Origin: Callorhinchus milii | Lineage: Eukaryota | DNA: 64,000 nt | Direction of reading: 5' to 3' | Assembly (NCBI RefSeq): GCF_018977255.1 | Contig: NW_024704743.1 | Location: 88,290,001 to 88,354,000 of the forward strand | Shown here: positions 10,223-20,832 of the stretch, one piece after another | Layout: each line of letters opens with the position of its first letter | How positions within the stretch are numbered: the first letter of the stretch is position 1 | The notes under the pieces: model-generated | Database searches by the model: none | What the model was told of the DNA's origin: nothing | What the model saw: the letters and a program-made list of their open reading frames with translations, nothing else | Made by a program: the position numbers and the translations under genes

Positions 10223-12356
10223 GGGGGAAGAGAGTCGAGAGGGGAGCTGAAGGCTCGGTCAAAGAGAAAGGTTTTGAGACCGGCCTTGAAGGAGGAAAGG
10301 GAGGAAGCAAGGCGAAGGCACTGGGGATGGAGTTCCAGAGCCTCGGGGCTGAGAGGCTGAAGGCCCGACCACCGATGGTAGGGCGGTTGGGGCGGGGGAC
10401 GTGGAGCAGACCGGAGCCAGAGGAACGGAGGGTACGGGCAGGTAGGTAGGGGGATAGTAGGTTGGAGAGGTAGGAGGGAGCAAGGCCGTGAATGGCCTTG
10501 TAGGTGAGGATGAGGATCTTGAAATCAATCCTCTGGGGGATGGGGAGCCAGTGGAGGCGAGCGAGGGTGGGAGTGATGTGGTCCCGAAGCCTGGTGCGGG
10601 ACAGTACACGAGCTGCAGAGTTCTGAATGACCTGCAGCTTGTGGAGGGAGGTGGCGGGAAGGCCGGCGAGGAGAGAGTTCCCATAGTCCAGCCTTGAGGT
10701 GACAAAGGCGTGGACCAGGGTTTCAGCAGCGTGAGGGGTGAGGTAGTGCCGTAGTCTGGCGATGTTCCGGAGGTGATGGAAGGCGGTGCCAGTTGTGGTG
10801 CGGATGTGAGGGAGAAAGGACAGCTCAGGGTCGAACAAAACGCCGAGGTTCCTGACTGGCTTTGAGAGGTGGAGAGTGCAGCCTTGGATGCTGATGGTGT
10901 CAGCGCCTGAGGTGCGGAGGCGCTGACGTGAGCCAATCAGGAGGGCCTCGGTTTTTCGCACGTTGAGCTGAAGAAAGTTGTCTCTCGTCCAGGACTCGAT
11001 GTCGGACAGGCAGGCTGTCAGGACATCGGTGGTCGTGGAGTTGAGAGTAGAGGAGGAAAGGTAGAGTTGGGTGTCATCCGCATACATGTGGAAGTTAACT
11101 CCATGTCTGCGGATGATGTCACCGAGGGGGAGCATATAGAGGGTGAAGAGGAGGGGACCGAGGACAGAGCCCTGAGGGACACCACATGAGACAGTACGGG
11201 GGGTGGAGGAGAAGCCATTCGTCGAGACAAAGTGAAGACGGTGAGAAAGGTACGACCTAAACCATTCAAGGACAGTGCCTTGAAGGTTGAGGTGGGAGGA
11301 CAAGCGGTGGAGTAGGATAGCGTGGTCGACCGTATCGAATGCTGCCGATAGGTCGAGGAGGACGAGGAGGCAGAGGGAGCCCTGGTCACAGATGGTCAGG
11401 ATATCATTGGTGACCTTGACCAGGGCAGTTTCTGTGCTATGGGCAGCACGGAAACCTGACTGAAGGGGTTCGAAAAGAGAATGGGTGGAAAGGAAAGAGC
11501 GCAGTTGGGAGGCGACAACTCTTTCCAAGACCTTGGAGAGAAAGGGGAGGTTGGAGATGGGCCGGTAGCTTGATAGCTGCGACGCATCAAGGGAGGGTTT
11601 TTTCAGGGTGGGCGTGATGGTGGCAGTTTTTAATGGAATGGGGACAGAGCCAGAGGAGAGGGACAGGTTGATGATGTCAGTGATATGTGGGGCAAGAAAG
11701 TGGAGCTGGGAGATAAGGAGTGGAGTGGGGATGGGGTCAAGGGAGCAGGTGGTTGGTTTTAGGGATAGGATGAGTTTAGTGACAGAGGGTGGGGAAACGG
11801 GTACGAAGGTGTGTAGGGGAGGATGGGTAGGAGTCGGAGTGTGGGAGGGAGGGGGTGGGGGGTTGGTGGAAGTTGGAGGGGAAGTGACCGCGGAGCGGAT
11901 TCCCTTGATCTTGGATTCAAGGAAATCCAGCATCTCCTCGCAGTGAAGGTTGGAGGAGATGACCTGCGCGGGGTGGCGGGGGGGACGGAGGAGTCGGGTT
12001 GTGGTGGAAAACAGTAGCCTGGGGTTGTTCTTCGCCTCCAGGATTATCCTGGAGTAGAAGGACGACTTGGCCGAGGCTAGAGTGGAGCGGTAAATTTTGA
12101 GGAGGTCCAGCCAGATTTGTCGGTGGACCGTTAGGCCAGATTTGACACAGGTGCGTTCAGCAGCCCGCACCTGGCTTTTCAGTGAGCGGAGGTGGGTGGT
12201 GTACCAGGGGGAGGAGCGGGAGTAGGAGACAGTGCGGGAAGTGATGGGGGCAAGAGTATCGAGTGTGGAGGAGAGGGTATTGTGGAGGAGGGAGAGAGGA
12301 GAAGAGGGGTCGGTGAGGGTTGAAGGCCAGAGGGAGAGGAGTTCAGAGGACTCCAA
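10194..12356 (-). CDS. L2 ORF2 reverse transcriptase part (720 aa; C-terminus frameshifted near 10325)
   Basis: Motifs [46 protein letters not shown] (11073-11084), NLGV, SRLDY. Confidence 0.93.
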   Translation of the reverse strand: MESSELLSLWPSTLTDPSSPLSLLHNTLSSTLDTLAPITSRTVSYSRSSPWYTTHLRSLKSQVRAAERTCVKSGLTVHRQIWLDLLKIYRSTLASAKSSFYSRIILEAKNNPRLLFSTTTRLLRPPRHPAQVISSNLHCEEMLDFLESKIKGIRSAVTSPPTSTNPPPPPSHTPTPTHPPLHTFVPVSPPSVTKLILSLKPTTCSLDPIPTPLLISQLHFLAPHITDIINLSLSSGSVPIPLKTATITPTLKKPSLDASQLSSYRPISNLPFLSKVLERVVASQLRSFLSTHSLFEPLQSGFRAAHSTETALVKVTNDILTICDQGSLCLLVLLDLSAAFDTVDHAILLHRLSSHLNLQGTVLEWFRSYLSHRLHFVSTNGFSSTPRTVSCGVPQGSVLGPLLFTLYMLPLGDIIRRHGVNFHMYADDTQLYLSSSTLNSTTTDVLTACLSDIESWTRDNFLQLNVRKTEALLIGSRQRLRTSGADTISIQGCTLHLSKPVRNLGVLFDPELSFLPHIRTTTGTAFHHLRNIARLRHYLTPHAAETLVHAFVTSRLDYGNSLLAGLPATSLHKLQVIQNSAARVLSRTRLRDHITPTLARLHWLPIPQRIDFKILILTYKAIHGLAPSYLSNLLSPYLPARTLRSSGSGLLHVPRPNRPTIGGRAFSLSAPRLWNSIPSAFALLPPFPPSRPVSKPFSLTEPSAPLSTLFPLLAPSLPSP

Positions 12357-12557
12357 GGCATCGGTTAGGGATTGTGGGGGTAACTTCTTCCAAGGGCGGT
12401 AGAAGATGGTGGTGGGTCTGGTGGAGGTGGGGAGGGGGGTGGAGGTGGTGAAGGAGATGAAGTAGTGGTCAGAGATGGCCTTGTCGGTAATAGTGACATC
12501 CGAGACACTGAGTGATCACCAAATCGAGTGGGTGACCGTGACTGTGAGTGGGGGAGT

Positions 12558-13439
12558 TTATGTGTAAGGAGAGGTTGAGTGAGGAGAGCAGGGAAGAGAA
12601 GTCTGTGGAGATGGAGCAGGAGGGGGTGAAGTGTAGGTTAAAGTCGCCCAGGATGATGAGGCGATCAGAGCAGAGGCAAAGAGATGTGAGGAGTGTTGAA
12701 ATGTCAGAGATGAAGGTGGGAGAGGTTTTAGGGGGCCGGTAGAGGAGGAGGATTTTAAGGGAGAGGAATGAGGGGTGGGAGAGGGTGAGGTGCTCAAAGG
12801 AGGGGAAAGAGCCAGTGGAGTAGGGGATAGGGCAAGTGGTGTCCTTGAGATAAGGGCAACACCACCGCCACGGCGGTTGGGGCGGGGGATGTGGTGGGAG
12901 GTGTAGCCGGGTGGCGTGGCCTCCGTGAGGGGGAAGGTGTCGCCTGGGGTGAGCCAGGTTTCTGTTAAGGCCATGATATCAACGTTCTCATCAAGGATGA
13001 GATCGTTGATGACCAGGGCCTTGTTGCAGAGGGAGCGGACATTTTGCAGTCCGATGTGGAGGGAGCGGTTGACAGAAGGGTGTGTGGGAGGGGAGGGGGG
13101 TCCAGGTTGTGAGGCAGGGGTGGGGGGAATGGGGATGAGGGAGGAGAGGTTGACTCCCCGGGTCTGTGTCCGGGGTGGGTGGCGAGTGTGGTGGGGAATG
13201 GGGCAGTCGGTGTGGCTGCTGCTGGACAGCCAACGCCGAGTGCCACGGTGAGCCCGGCGGAGGATTCCCAGGCTGGAGCAGAGGGAGGTTGTGGGAGGGT
13301 CAAGTGGGGATAGAAGACGAGAGGGACGGAGAGAGAGGAGGAGAGAGCGGGAGAGATGCAGAGGGGGGAGGGTTTGGGGGGAGAGAGGAGGGGGGCGGGA
13401 GGGAGGGGGTGAGGGGGCTCGGGTCAAAGCGGCAGCCAT
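12558..13439 (-). CDS. L2 ORF2 N-terminus with APE endonuclease (frameshifted near 12825)
   Basis: ATG at 13439; motifs LQNVRSL, ALTETW, GGGVA; YRPP, GDFN and LDLV in a shifted frame; SDH follows the 8-bp deletion. Confidence 0.88.
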   Translation of the reverse strand: MAAALTRAPSPPPSRPPPLSPQTLPPLHLSRSLLLSLRPSRLLSPLDPPTTSLCSSLGILRRAHRGTRRWLSSSSHTDCPIPHHTRHPPRTQTRGVNLSSLIPIPPTPASQPGPPSPPTHPSVNRSLHIGLQNVRSLCNKALVINDLILDENVDIMALTETWLTPGDTFPLTEATPPGYTSHHIPRPNRRGGGVALISRTPLALSPTPLALSPPLSTSPSPTPHSSPLKSSSSTGPLKPLPPSSLTFQHSSHLFASALIASSSWATLTYTSPPPAPSPQTSLPCSPHSTSPYT

Positions 13440-13717
13440 AGTGCGCACGCGGGGACCGGGAGCGAGCGGTCAGGTGGATGGCATTATCCCGTAGATTGGG
13501 GCAGCGAACGCAACAGGACCATAGTGGGCTCTGATGTGAGCCCTGGGGGGGGGGCGCAGAGAGTTTTTTTTTTTTTGCAAAATTAAACAAAATTAAATCA
13601 ACAATATTATATGTTCTGGTTGATATAATAAAACTGAAGGAAAGAGCAAATCAATTTAGAATAAATTGACCGATTCTACCAATGGGTTGTTGTATTGTAG
13701 TTTATTTACGGTGTCAT

Positions 13718-14008
13718 TCTGGGCTAGTTGTTAGTGCTTTGCCTCTGAGTCAGAAAGTTGTTGGTTCAAGCTCTCCATCTGGACTTTGAACGACAACTCA
13801 AGTGTGGTGCTGGGTTGTTTCTCCTGTTTTCCTGGACACCAATCCTCCAGATAACATTTATTATTCACTTCATGCTGTTTGCATCCAAATTTGCTGCTGC
13901 ATTCTCCCATAAATACAGTCACTACATTTTATGGTGAATCCTGGGAAGCACTTTGAGATGGCCTCCTAATTTGAAAGGTGCCTATATCAAATGCAAGGAT
14001 TATTATTA
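13718..14008 (+). mobile_element. DeuSINE, internally deleted
   Basis: Head GCCTCTGAGTCAGAAAGTTGTTGGTTCAAG; tail TATCAAATGCAAGG(ATT)n. Confidence 0.7.
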
Positions 14009-14682
14009 CATTTACTCTTTACGTGAGGAGCACTCATGTCTGCTTTACATTACCCTTCTTGTGATAGTTCACCTGAAATTTATGTGGAATAACATGAAAC
14101 AGGTTAGCGGAAGTGGTTTTCGCAGGACCCTGCAATACTCGAGTATAAATTCCAGTTGTTGTGAATTTATGCATCCTCTGCTCAAAAATGGTCCCTTAAT
14201 AGCTTCTAGGTGATCTAATGGGTCCTCTGTTCAATAACATTAAAACATACACCAGCCAAAGGAGCCCTGAGCATCTATTTAGTAAAGCATCCACAGACTG
14301 CTTATTCCTAGGAGATGGGAAGGGGGAAATATAAATCCAGCATCACTTCAAGTAGTATAAACCAGGCGATATTGTACCTTTGAAAGCATGACAGCAATGC
14401 AGATACTGGCAACCAATTTTATATTTATAACATTCTCATTATGCTTCACAACATGCTTTCTGCTATTGATATTTTCTACTTTGGAACTGACTTGTTTATT
14501 TTTCTGTGTCTAAGAGTCCCTCGATAGCTTTATTTTTCCAAATACCTGTTTGTGACAATAGAGCACAATGTCAATCCACAATTCCTGTAAGAGCACTCAT
14601 TAACATATACACACGACACTATACATTGGATGCTGCCCACGGGAGTAGTGCTCCAGTCATTGGACACATTTTTTCAGATATA

Positions 14683-15180
14683 CAGTCCTACCAACTTATG
14701 TCGACATGTCGGGGACATTCGAGTTTTGTCGACATAGGCAGTTTATCAACATAGGCAGTCACAGCAGACAACAGGTATTCTGTAATTAAAATTTCTGTAC
14801 CATGTATTTACATGTATTTTCATTGATTTATTTTTTAAAAAGTCATACATTTAATTAAAGTTCCTGAACCATTTATTTACATGCATTTTCATTACCTTAT
14901 TTACAAAAAATTCAAAAACTTATTTACAAACATTATCATATTAGTAAAAAATAGTCATTTAAGAGTACACTATCGACATAAGTGTATCGACATAATATGT
15001 TGACATAAAACAATGCATTTATTACTCTTTGTTGACATAAGTGTGCCAGAGTTTATGTTGGTATTGACAAAGATGGTAAGTTTTTAGTATTAATGTGCGG
15101 AGAAGGGACCAGGACTTCACTTTTTGTTGATATAAGTGGGATGTCGCCATAAAGAGGTTTGAGATACATGGGTATGACTG
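14683..15180. mobile_element. Non-autonomous Tc1/mariner (pogo/Tigger-like) MITE, about 500 bp
   Basis: TA|CAGTCCTACC left end and GGTATGACTG right end form imperfect TIRs; about 9 TCGACATA-like repeats; AT-rich core. Confidence 0.65.
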
Positions 15181-15372
15181 AAGGAAGAAAAGAATAAGCA
15201 AAATTCTAATTAATACGGGGTTGATCATGTTTGTAAGCCCCACAGCCTATGCACAGTACTTTGACTTCCCACTATCCCTTCCACCTAGTTTTGGCACAGT
15301 GGTTGGACCCAAATATTTCATCATTCTATATGTTGCTTCCGATAACAGAGAGGGGTGTTTTTCGGCAGCTAA

Positions 15373-15710
15373 ATAATAATAATAATCCTTACATTTAGTA
15401 AAGCACCTTTTACAACATCAGGATGTTTCAAAGCGCTTCACAGTATTTACTGTAAAGTGTAGCAACTATGTGTTTTCTGCGCAGACGTGGCAGCCAAATG
15501 TGCACACAGTAACATCTTACAAACAGCCATGAAGTGAATGACCAATTTTATTTGGGGGATTGTTGGCAAGGACACTGGTAGACTTCCCCTCTATTCACAA
15601 ATAATGCCATAGAATCTTTAATGCTCCACTGAACATGTAGATGGAATCTTGGTTTAACATCTCATCCAAAGGACAGCACCTCCAAAGAGCAGCACATTCC
15701 CAGCACTACA
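15373..15710 (-). mobile_element. DeuSINE, head missing
   Basis: (AAT)n tail; GGTTTAACATCTCATCCAAAGGACAGCACCTCC Deu-domain block. Confidence 0.8.
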
Positions 15711-15959
15711 TAAAATACAATATAAAATATTGGCTAACTTGATGGGTTTCTAGTGGAGTAACGCTCAAACACTGCCTCTGAGGTTGATAAGACATTTTTG
15801 AGATACATTAGCCAAATGTGTTCAGGAATATCGTATGTGTGGAAAGCGAAAGGCCATTTACATCACTGTAAGTTTGAAATATCAAGTTAATGGTTGCGCT
15901 TACATACATTTGCACTGTACAAAATATGTATGTTGTATTTCTGTCCATACCACTCCCTT

Positions 15960-16142
15960 GAGGACAAATTCTGGTGAGTGTTATGCCCATCACCTTTGTC
16001 ACTGTCAGCCACTAATGGGATTTCCCATTATAATAGTGTAGTGCCTTTGGCCCTTTGGTATTGTACGATTATAATGGGAAATCCCATTAGTGGCCAATAT
16101 TGCCAAAGGTGATGTGAGTAATGCTCAACGGAAATTTTCCCC
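15960..16142. repeat. 183-bp fold-back palindrome (probable palindromic MITE)
   Basis: Perfect 27-bp arms at 16008-16034 and 16068-16094; imperfect pairing out to both ends. Confidence 0.9.
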
Positions 16143-16477
16143 ATTTACCCTCTTTACCCAATCTTTTTTTGTACCTTTTCTTTATCTCTTTGTATTTATT
16201 TTTTCCCCAAATAATAGCACAGTGGTCATTCTACCAAGGGAAAAGTTATGTTTGTTGGATGTATCTACAGTTCTCCCCACACTTAGCAATATAAGCTACA
16301 ACAAGTGGAAGGGATTGCAAATGATTCTTTATAATGAATTATATAATAAGGGGCACCGGTACATGTTTCACATGGCAAGCTCAACCCTCAAATTTTGCAC
16401 ATTGGTTGTTAACCCAAATTGCAAATTATAGCTCAATTAATTAACAAGGGTGGTGTGCACCTCATATCTTTTGCAGT

Positions 16478-16508
16478 AATAACAACAACTTGCATTTATA
16501 TAGCACCT
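16478..16508 (-). mobile_element. L2 tail remnant
   Basis: AACAACAACTTGCATTTATATAGCACCT. Confidence 0.65.
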
Positions 16509-16544
16509 GTAGAAATGCAGCTTTTTATATGAAAAGGACTACTT

Positions 16545-16650
16545 TCAACAAATTCAAAAGCAACTGAGGCAGAGGCAATTAATTTCTTTAAAGAGGAACT
16601 GGACACATAGCTGATCGGGAACGTGACAGAAAATAGGAGTTGGGATGGGA
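16545..16650 (+). mobile_element. CR1 ORF2 end fragment
   Basis: GAGGCAGAGGCAATTAATTTCTTTAAAGAGGAACTGGAC reads EAEAINFFKEELD. Confidence 0.55.
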
Positions 16651-17559
16651 GTTACAAAAGTGATTAGTCAATGGAAAAACAAGTTTACATTGATTGTCTT
16701 AAAACGCTTAACAAAGTGTGCAACAAGTGTAATGACTGTGCATTTGACAAGGAAGGAAAGGCTAGCATTCTATCCAAATTGCATTTTCATTACTAGTACA
16801 ATTGAATATTTTGCCAATTGTGATTTTGCCATTACTTTCCACCACCCTAAAACTACTGGCAGACGTATTTAATAACTACATAGAGGTAGTACCTCCTCTC
16901 AACCCAAGCCTTCTAACTTACTTTAATTCATATTCCTTGTCTCATCAGCATGACCATTTGGTCATGCATGCTTCACTAAGCCTATTGTAATACACAGCCA
17001 TAACCACAGATTGCAAATGTTATAGGTCAGGTAAGTACCAGACATCTCCACTACTAAAAGGCAGATTAGCAGCACAGTGACTGAAATCAATGCTTACATT
17101 TGAAGAATCACATTTTGTGTTTTTATTGAAAACAAAAATTCACACTTTCCAAGACATGTGAATGTTACAGATTTCTAGCGTACTATCGCCACACTACGAA
17201 GTTGTAGGACAGACTAAGTTCCAAGAGCAGCCAAGAATAGCCGTCTCTAAAATTCTGCTGAAACTTTGCCATGTTGGCCATCAGGGTAAGCTGAGACTGC
17301 AGCAGATGCTCTGTCAGCTGCCGCAGAGACTTGCGCAATGTGTTTTTTGTTTCTTTTTCATTTGAATTCAGGTTTAAAATTTGTGGGAACTGATACAAAA
17401 GCACGATTGAACTCCCATTACGTGCACATACTCCTTACAAGCTCAGTGAAGAGGCTTGCAAAGCACTTTTGCAGGTGACAGTGTCTTGTAGCTTGTTTGT
17501 CAAGTATTTATCTAATCGATTGTTTGGATGTATATGTATAGTATGTATAATGAATAAAG

Positions 17560-17985
17560 CACACAAGCATGGGTTCATAATATGTGAGGCACTTTTTTCT
17601 CTTTTGGCATGATGTGTCGTTGATTGCCTGAAGAGCACTGGCTGAGATATCATTAGTTTGGCTGCTGTTGAAGCTTTAGTCACATCTTCAGTTTAGTTGC
17701 AGCTGGTCAGCATATGTGCCTCATCTGTTTGGGCACCACACATTCTCAAAGAGCATCTGTGTGTGATACTGGATGTTACAAATGTGGATTTGGAGTGGGT
17801 TGCAGTGGGTGTGTGAGATGCAAGTTTGGAGCTTTGAACACCCTTAACCAGGAGATTGTTTGCTACCACAAACTCTGCTGGCAGAGTTTGAACAACATCA
17901 GGAGTTCAGATGCCTGGAGTTTACCTCCAGTGTCACTTTCAAAAGCATGGCATGTTGTTAATGTGATATCCTCCTGTTGGTAACT
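17560..17985 (-). pseudogene. Possible Gypsy LTR-retrotransposon integrase C-terminus relic
   Basis: Ordered motifs TTCHA..TG..ASELLM..KL, RH/ADQL and QPVLFRQS, resembling TTPHATTGxSPAELL, RHxDQL and PxLRRS. Confidence 0.4.
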
Positions 17986-18544
17986 GTGCTATTATTGCCA
18001 CATGAAATCAGGCTACAGAGCCTATAGAATCCCAAGGGAAATGTACTCCTACATAGATCCCTGCCTCTGCTAAGCATGCTAATGCATTTCTTATTGATTA
18101 TCTATTCTGTAAACAGCTTTGCAATGGATTGGGCTGCCAGTCATTCTGTGCTCCCTTATGTCTGTGTCACTTTCCCAAGTACCTTCTTAATCTTCATTTG
18201 TTCCCAGATCCGTAGCATCACATGCGTTCCGCATGTTCTCCAACCTCACACCTTCCATGTCCCTGGCCACAGGCTTTTATGCCATCCTGCAACATTGCAC
18301 ATTTGCTGATAGTGGTGGGGAGGAATGTGGTTGATGCTTCCTCAACAGGATTGATCGTGTGAGAAGTTTGGTGTGTCCTGCACACAGTCTGCCTAAAGAG
18401 TGTTTAATGGCTGGAAAGATACTTAGCTTTCTATGAACAATGTTGCATTTTAATGCGTAACATTTAGAGGTAAACTACGTCCACTGTCCTTCCCCTTTTG
18501 AGGTTTGTGTAGTAGTATTGTCAACTAGGATTAGTTTACCTGTT

Positions 18545-18800
18545 GAGGCTTTGGCATGCAGTATTAATAGAAGCTGATTGGGTAGAATGCCTTCCCTCGG
18601 GGACCGATTGGCCCCTTCAAGGCCTTCCGATGAGCCAGGCTGGGCTGTGCTGTCATCAGCAGTGCCCTGGAATACTGCGGACCCGCCTGGCTCAGGAACC
18701 GGATTATCAAGACCGACAAAGAGGATTAACTTGATTCCAACATTTCATTGTCAAATATGTCACCTTGGAGCCAATTCAGCAGTAAGGACATCCCATTTAA
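18545..18800 (-). mobile_element. Family X copy d (central structured part)
   Basis: CCGATGAGCCAGGCTGG...GAATACTGCGGACCCGCCTGGCTCAGGAA closely matches 4295-4369. Confidence 0.8.
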
Positions 18801-19040
18801 TCCTTGTCCCCAAGGAGGATATAAGCATGGAAAAAGACAACTACATGGACCATGTTTAAGGGAAATTAAGTTACTCGTAAACAAAGATAATGCTGTGAAA
18901 AGTTCAGTTTCATGACACTGCATATACTTCAATATTACATTTTCACCTATTGAGTTTCTATATTTTTATCTGACATCTTATAAATAGTTTTCATCCAGCA
19001 GAAATATTATTTATCCATGTATAATTGTGTCACAGCTATT

Positions 19041-19412
19041 GAATTGTGGCTTAGTGGTTAGAGCACTCGGCTTGCAAGTGAGAAGACCTGGGTTCGATTC
19101 CCGGACAGGGAGAAACATTGGGACAGTTTCTTTACTTGACACTCCTGTTTTCCTAGCAGTAAGTAGAAACCTGGTTGTTTGTCGATTGGTGAATCGCTTT
19201 CCGGGAGTAATAATCCCTCCAAAAATAAAATAAATAACAATAATTTGGTCCCTCAATCCACGACTGCTTGTGTGACACTGCTGTGCATAATCGGCTGCCA
19301 CGTTTCGCTCACAAAATACACAGCCACTACACTTTAGAGTATATTTGGTGAAGCGTTTTGAGATGTCTCGAAGACGTGATAAGGTGCTATATCAAATGCA
19401 AGTCATTGTTAT
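19041..19412 (+). mobile_element. tRNA-derived SINE, long variant, full length
   Basis: A box TGGCTTAGTGG, B box GGTTCGATTCC, L2-type tail. Confidence 0.9.
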
Positions 19413-19757
19413 AACTGTGATTTATTGAATTGTAAGCTTTTGCAATAATTGTAGCAAGCATCAGACTTGTGGTCCCTTTGTTTCATTTATGTTCCTTTTC
19501 TTTATTCCATCCTATATTTTACTCGAGTTTCACTACAAAATCAAGTCTTTACCAAACATCTGCACTGTCAAGTGGCCATAGAGCTGGAGCCACTTCAGTC
19601 AGCATCTGTGTTCTGATGGAGGCATTTTAAACCAATGTGGGTTTGACATGCCTGATACTGGATTCTGGATTAAGGCTGTTGAAGGAGAGTCAACAGAAAG
19701 GGAATGAAGTAGACACTTTTGTATGTTTGCTGACTGGCAACACATGAAATTAAGACA

Positions 19758-20094
19758 AATAATAATCCTTGCATTTAATATAGCGCATTAGCACGTCTTC
19801 TAGACATCTCAAATCACTTCACGGAATATACTGTAAAGTGAATTGACTGTATATTTGTGGGCGAAATGCAACAGCCAGTGTCCCACAGTCGTGGATTGAG
19901 TGACAACATTTTTTTTAAGGATTATTATCCCCAGAAAAATGATCCGCCAATCGACTAACAACCAGGTTCCTAGTTACTGCGAGGTAAACAGAAGCGTTTG
20001 GAGAAAGGAAACTTACCCAACGTTTCACCCGGCCGAGAATCGAATCCAGATCTCTCGCTTGCGAGGTAAGTGCTCTAACCACTGAGCTACAGGA
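19758..20094 (-). mobile_element. tRNA-derived SINE, long variant
   Basis: TGCTCTAACCACTGAGCTACAGGA head at right end; (AAT)n tail at left end. Confidence 0.9.
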
Positions 20095-20157
20095 GTAATG
20101 GGAGTAATAGGAAATCAGAGTAATGGGAATTTAGATAATTAAAAGCAGCATCAGATT

Positions 20158-20265
20158 ACAACAAGGTGCATTTAGACAGCGCCCTCCACATATGATAAGG
20201 TCTCAGAGTGCTTCACAGAGATAGTGTCGGATGCTGAGCAAGGGATAAGGGGAGGTGACCATATA
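20158..20265 (-). mobile_element. L2 tail type B remnant
   Basis: AGCGCCCTCCACA...TCTCAGAGTGCTTCACAG, like the copy at 52477. Confidence 0.6.
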
Positions 20266-20292
20266 ACAGATAGATAATAATTGAAAGACAGA

Positions 20293-20385
20293 TAATAATA
20301 ATCTTTACATTTGATATAGGACCTTTCATGTCAGCAAAATGTCCCAAAGGGTTTCATATATTGTAAAGTGCAGTGACTGGGCGAA
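20293..20385 (-). mobile_element. SINE 3' tail fragment
   Basis: ATAATAATAATCTTTACATTTGATATAG. Confidence 0.7.
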
Positions 20386-20389
20386 TGAA

Positions 20390-20420
20390 AGAGAGAGAGA
20401 GAGCGAGAGAGAGAGAGAGA
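20390..20420. repeat. (GA)n microsatellite
   Basis: Direct reading. Confidence 0.95.
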
Positions 20421-20534
20421 AAGGCTAGAAAATGAACGAACCAAATGAGTTTGGGGAGTAGTTGCTTAAGGCTCAGTCACTGATATTGGAATGGAGTGAG
20501 ATGTGCAGCGAAGTTGAGTTATCTGCAGACATTG

Positions 20535-20832
20535 AGTCAAATCTATTTTTCTTCCTCTAGTCACGACCACAGTTCCACCAATATTCTGACTGCCTGCTTA
20601 TCTGATATCAAGGCCAGGATGAGCACTCCTTGACTTCCATCAACGTCCTCCTTAGCTCCCGTCAATGTCTTCTCATCTGCAGTTCTGAACTCCTTAACGT
20701 TCCTTGGTTTTCGCTCAGACTTGCTGAACCTGTACACAACTTTAACGTCAGGTTCGATCCCAGTTATCTTTCCTACTCCACATCCAGCCCTTGACCAGGT
20801 CCGCCTTCCTCCACCTCTGTCACATTGCTCGG
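20535..20832 (+). mobile_element. L2 ORF2 internal fragment
   Basis: [10 protein letters not shown] and AFLHLCHIAR-like segments. Confidence 0.7.

Larger units (their letters stand above)
9998..13563 (-). mobile_element. Near-intact L2 LINE, about 3.57 kb, single ORF (APE endonuclease plus RT)
   Basis: (TTG)n tail and stem-loop at left end; complete EN and RT motifs; CpG-rich, so young. Confidence 0.95.

Noticed and set aside
10259..13590. Many overlapping ORFs of 60-225 aa on both strands
   Set aside because: Shadow and antisense frames of the C-rich L2 ORF2; the same applies to 30109-33913
9985..13595. Target-site duplication around the long L2
   Set aside because: Both flanks are T/A-rich but share no exact duplicated word beyond T-runs
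14690..15150. CRISPR-like array from recurring TCGACATA words
   Set aside because: Repeats are 8-12 bp, irregularly spaced, in eukaryotic DNA with no cas genes; better explained as MITE subterminal repeats
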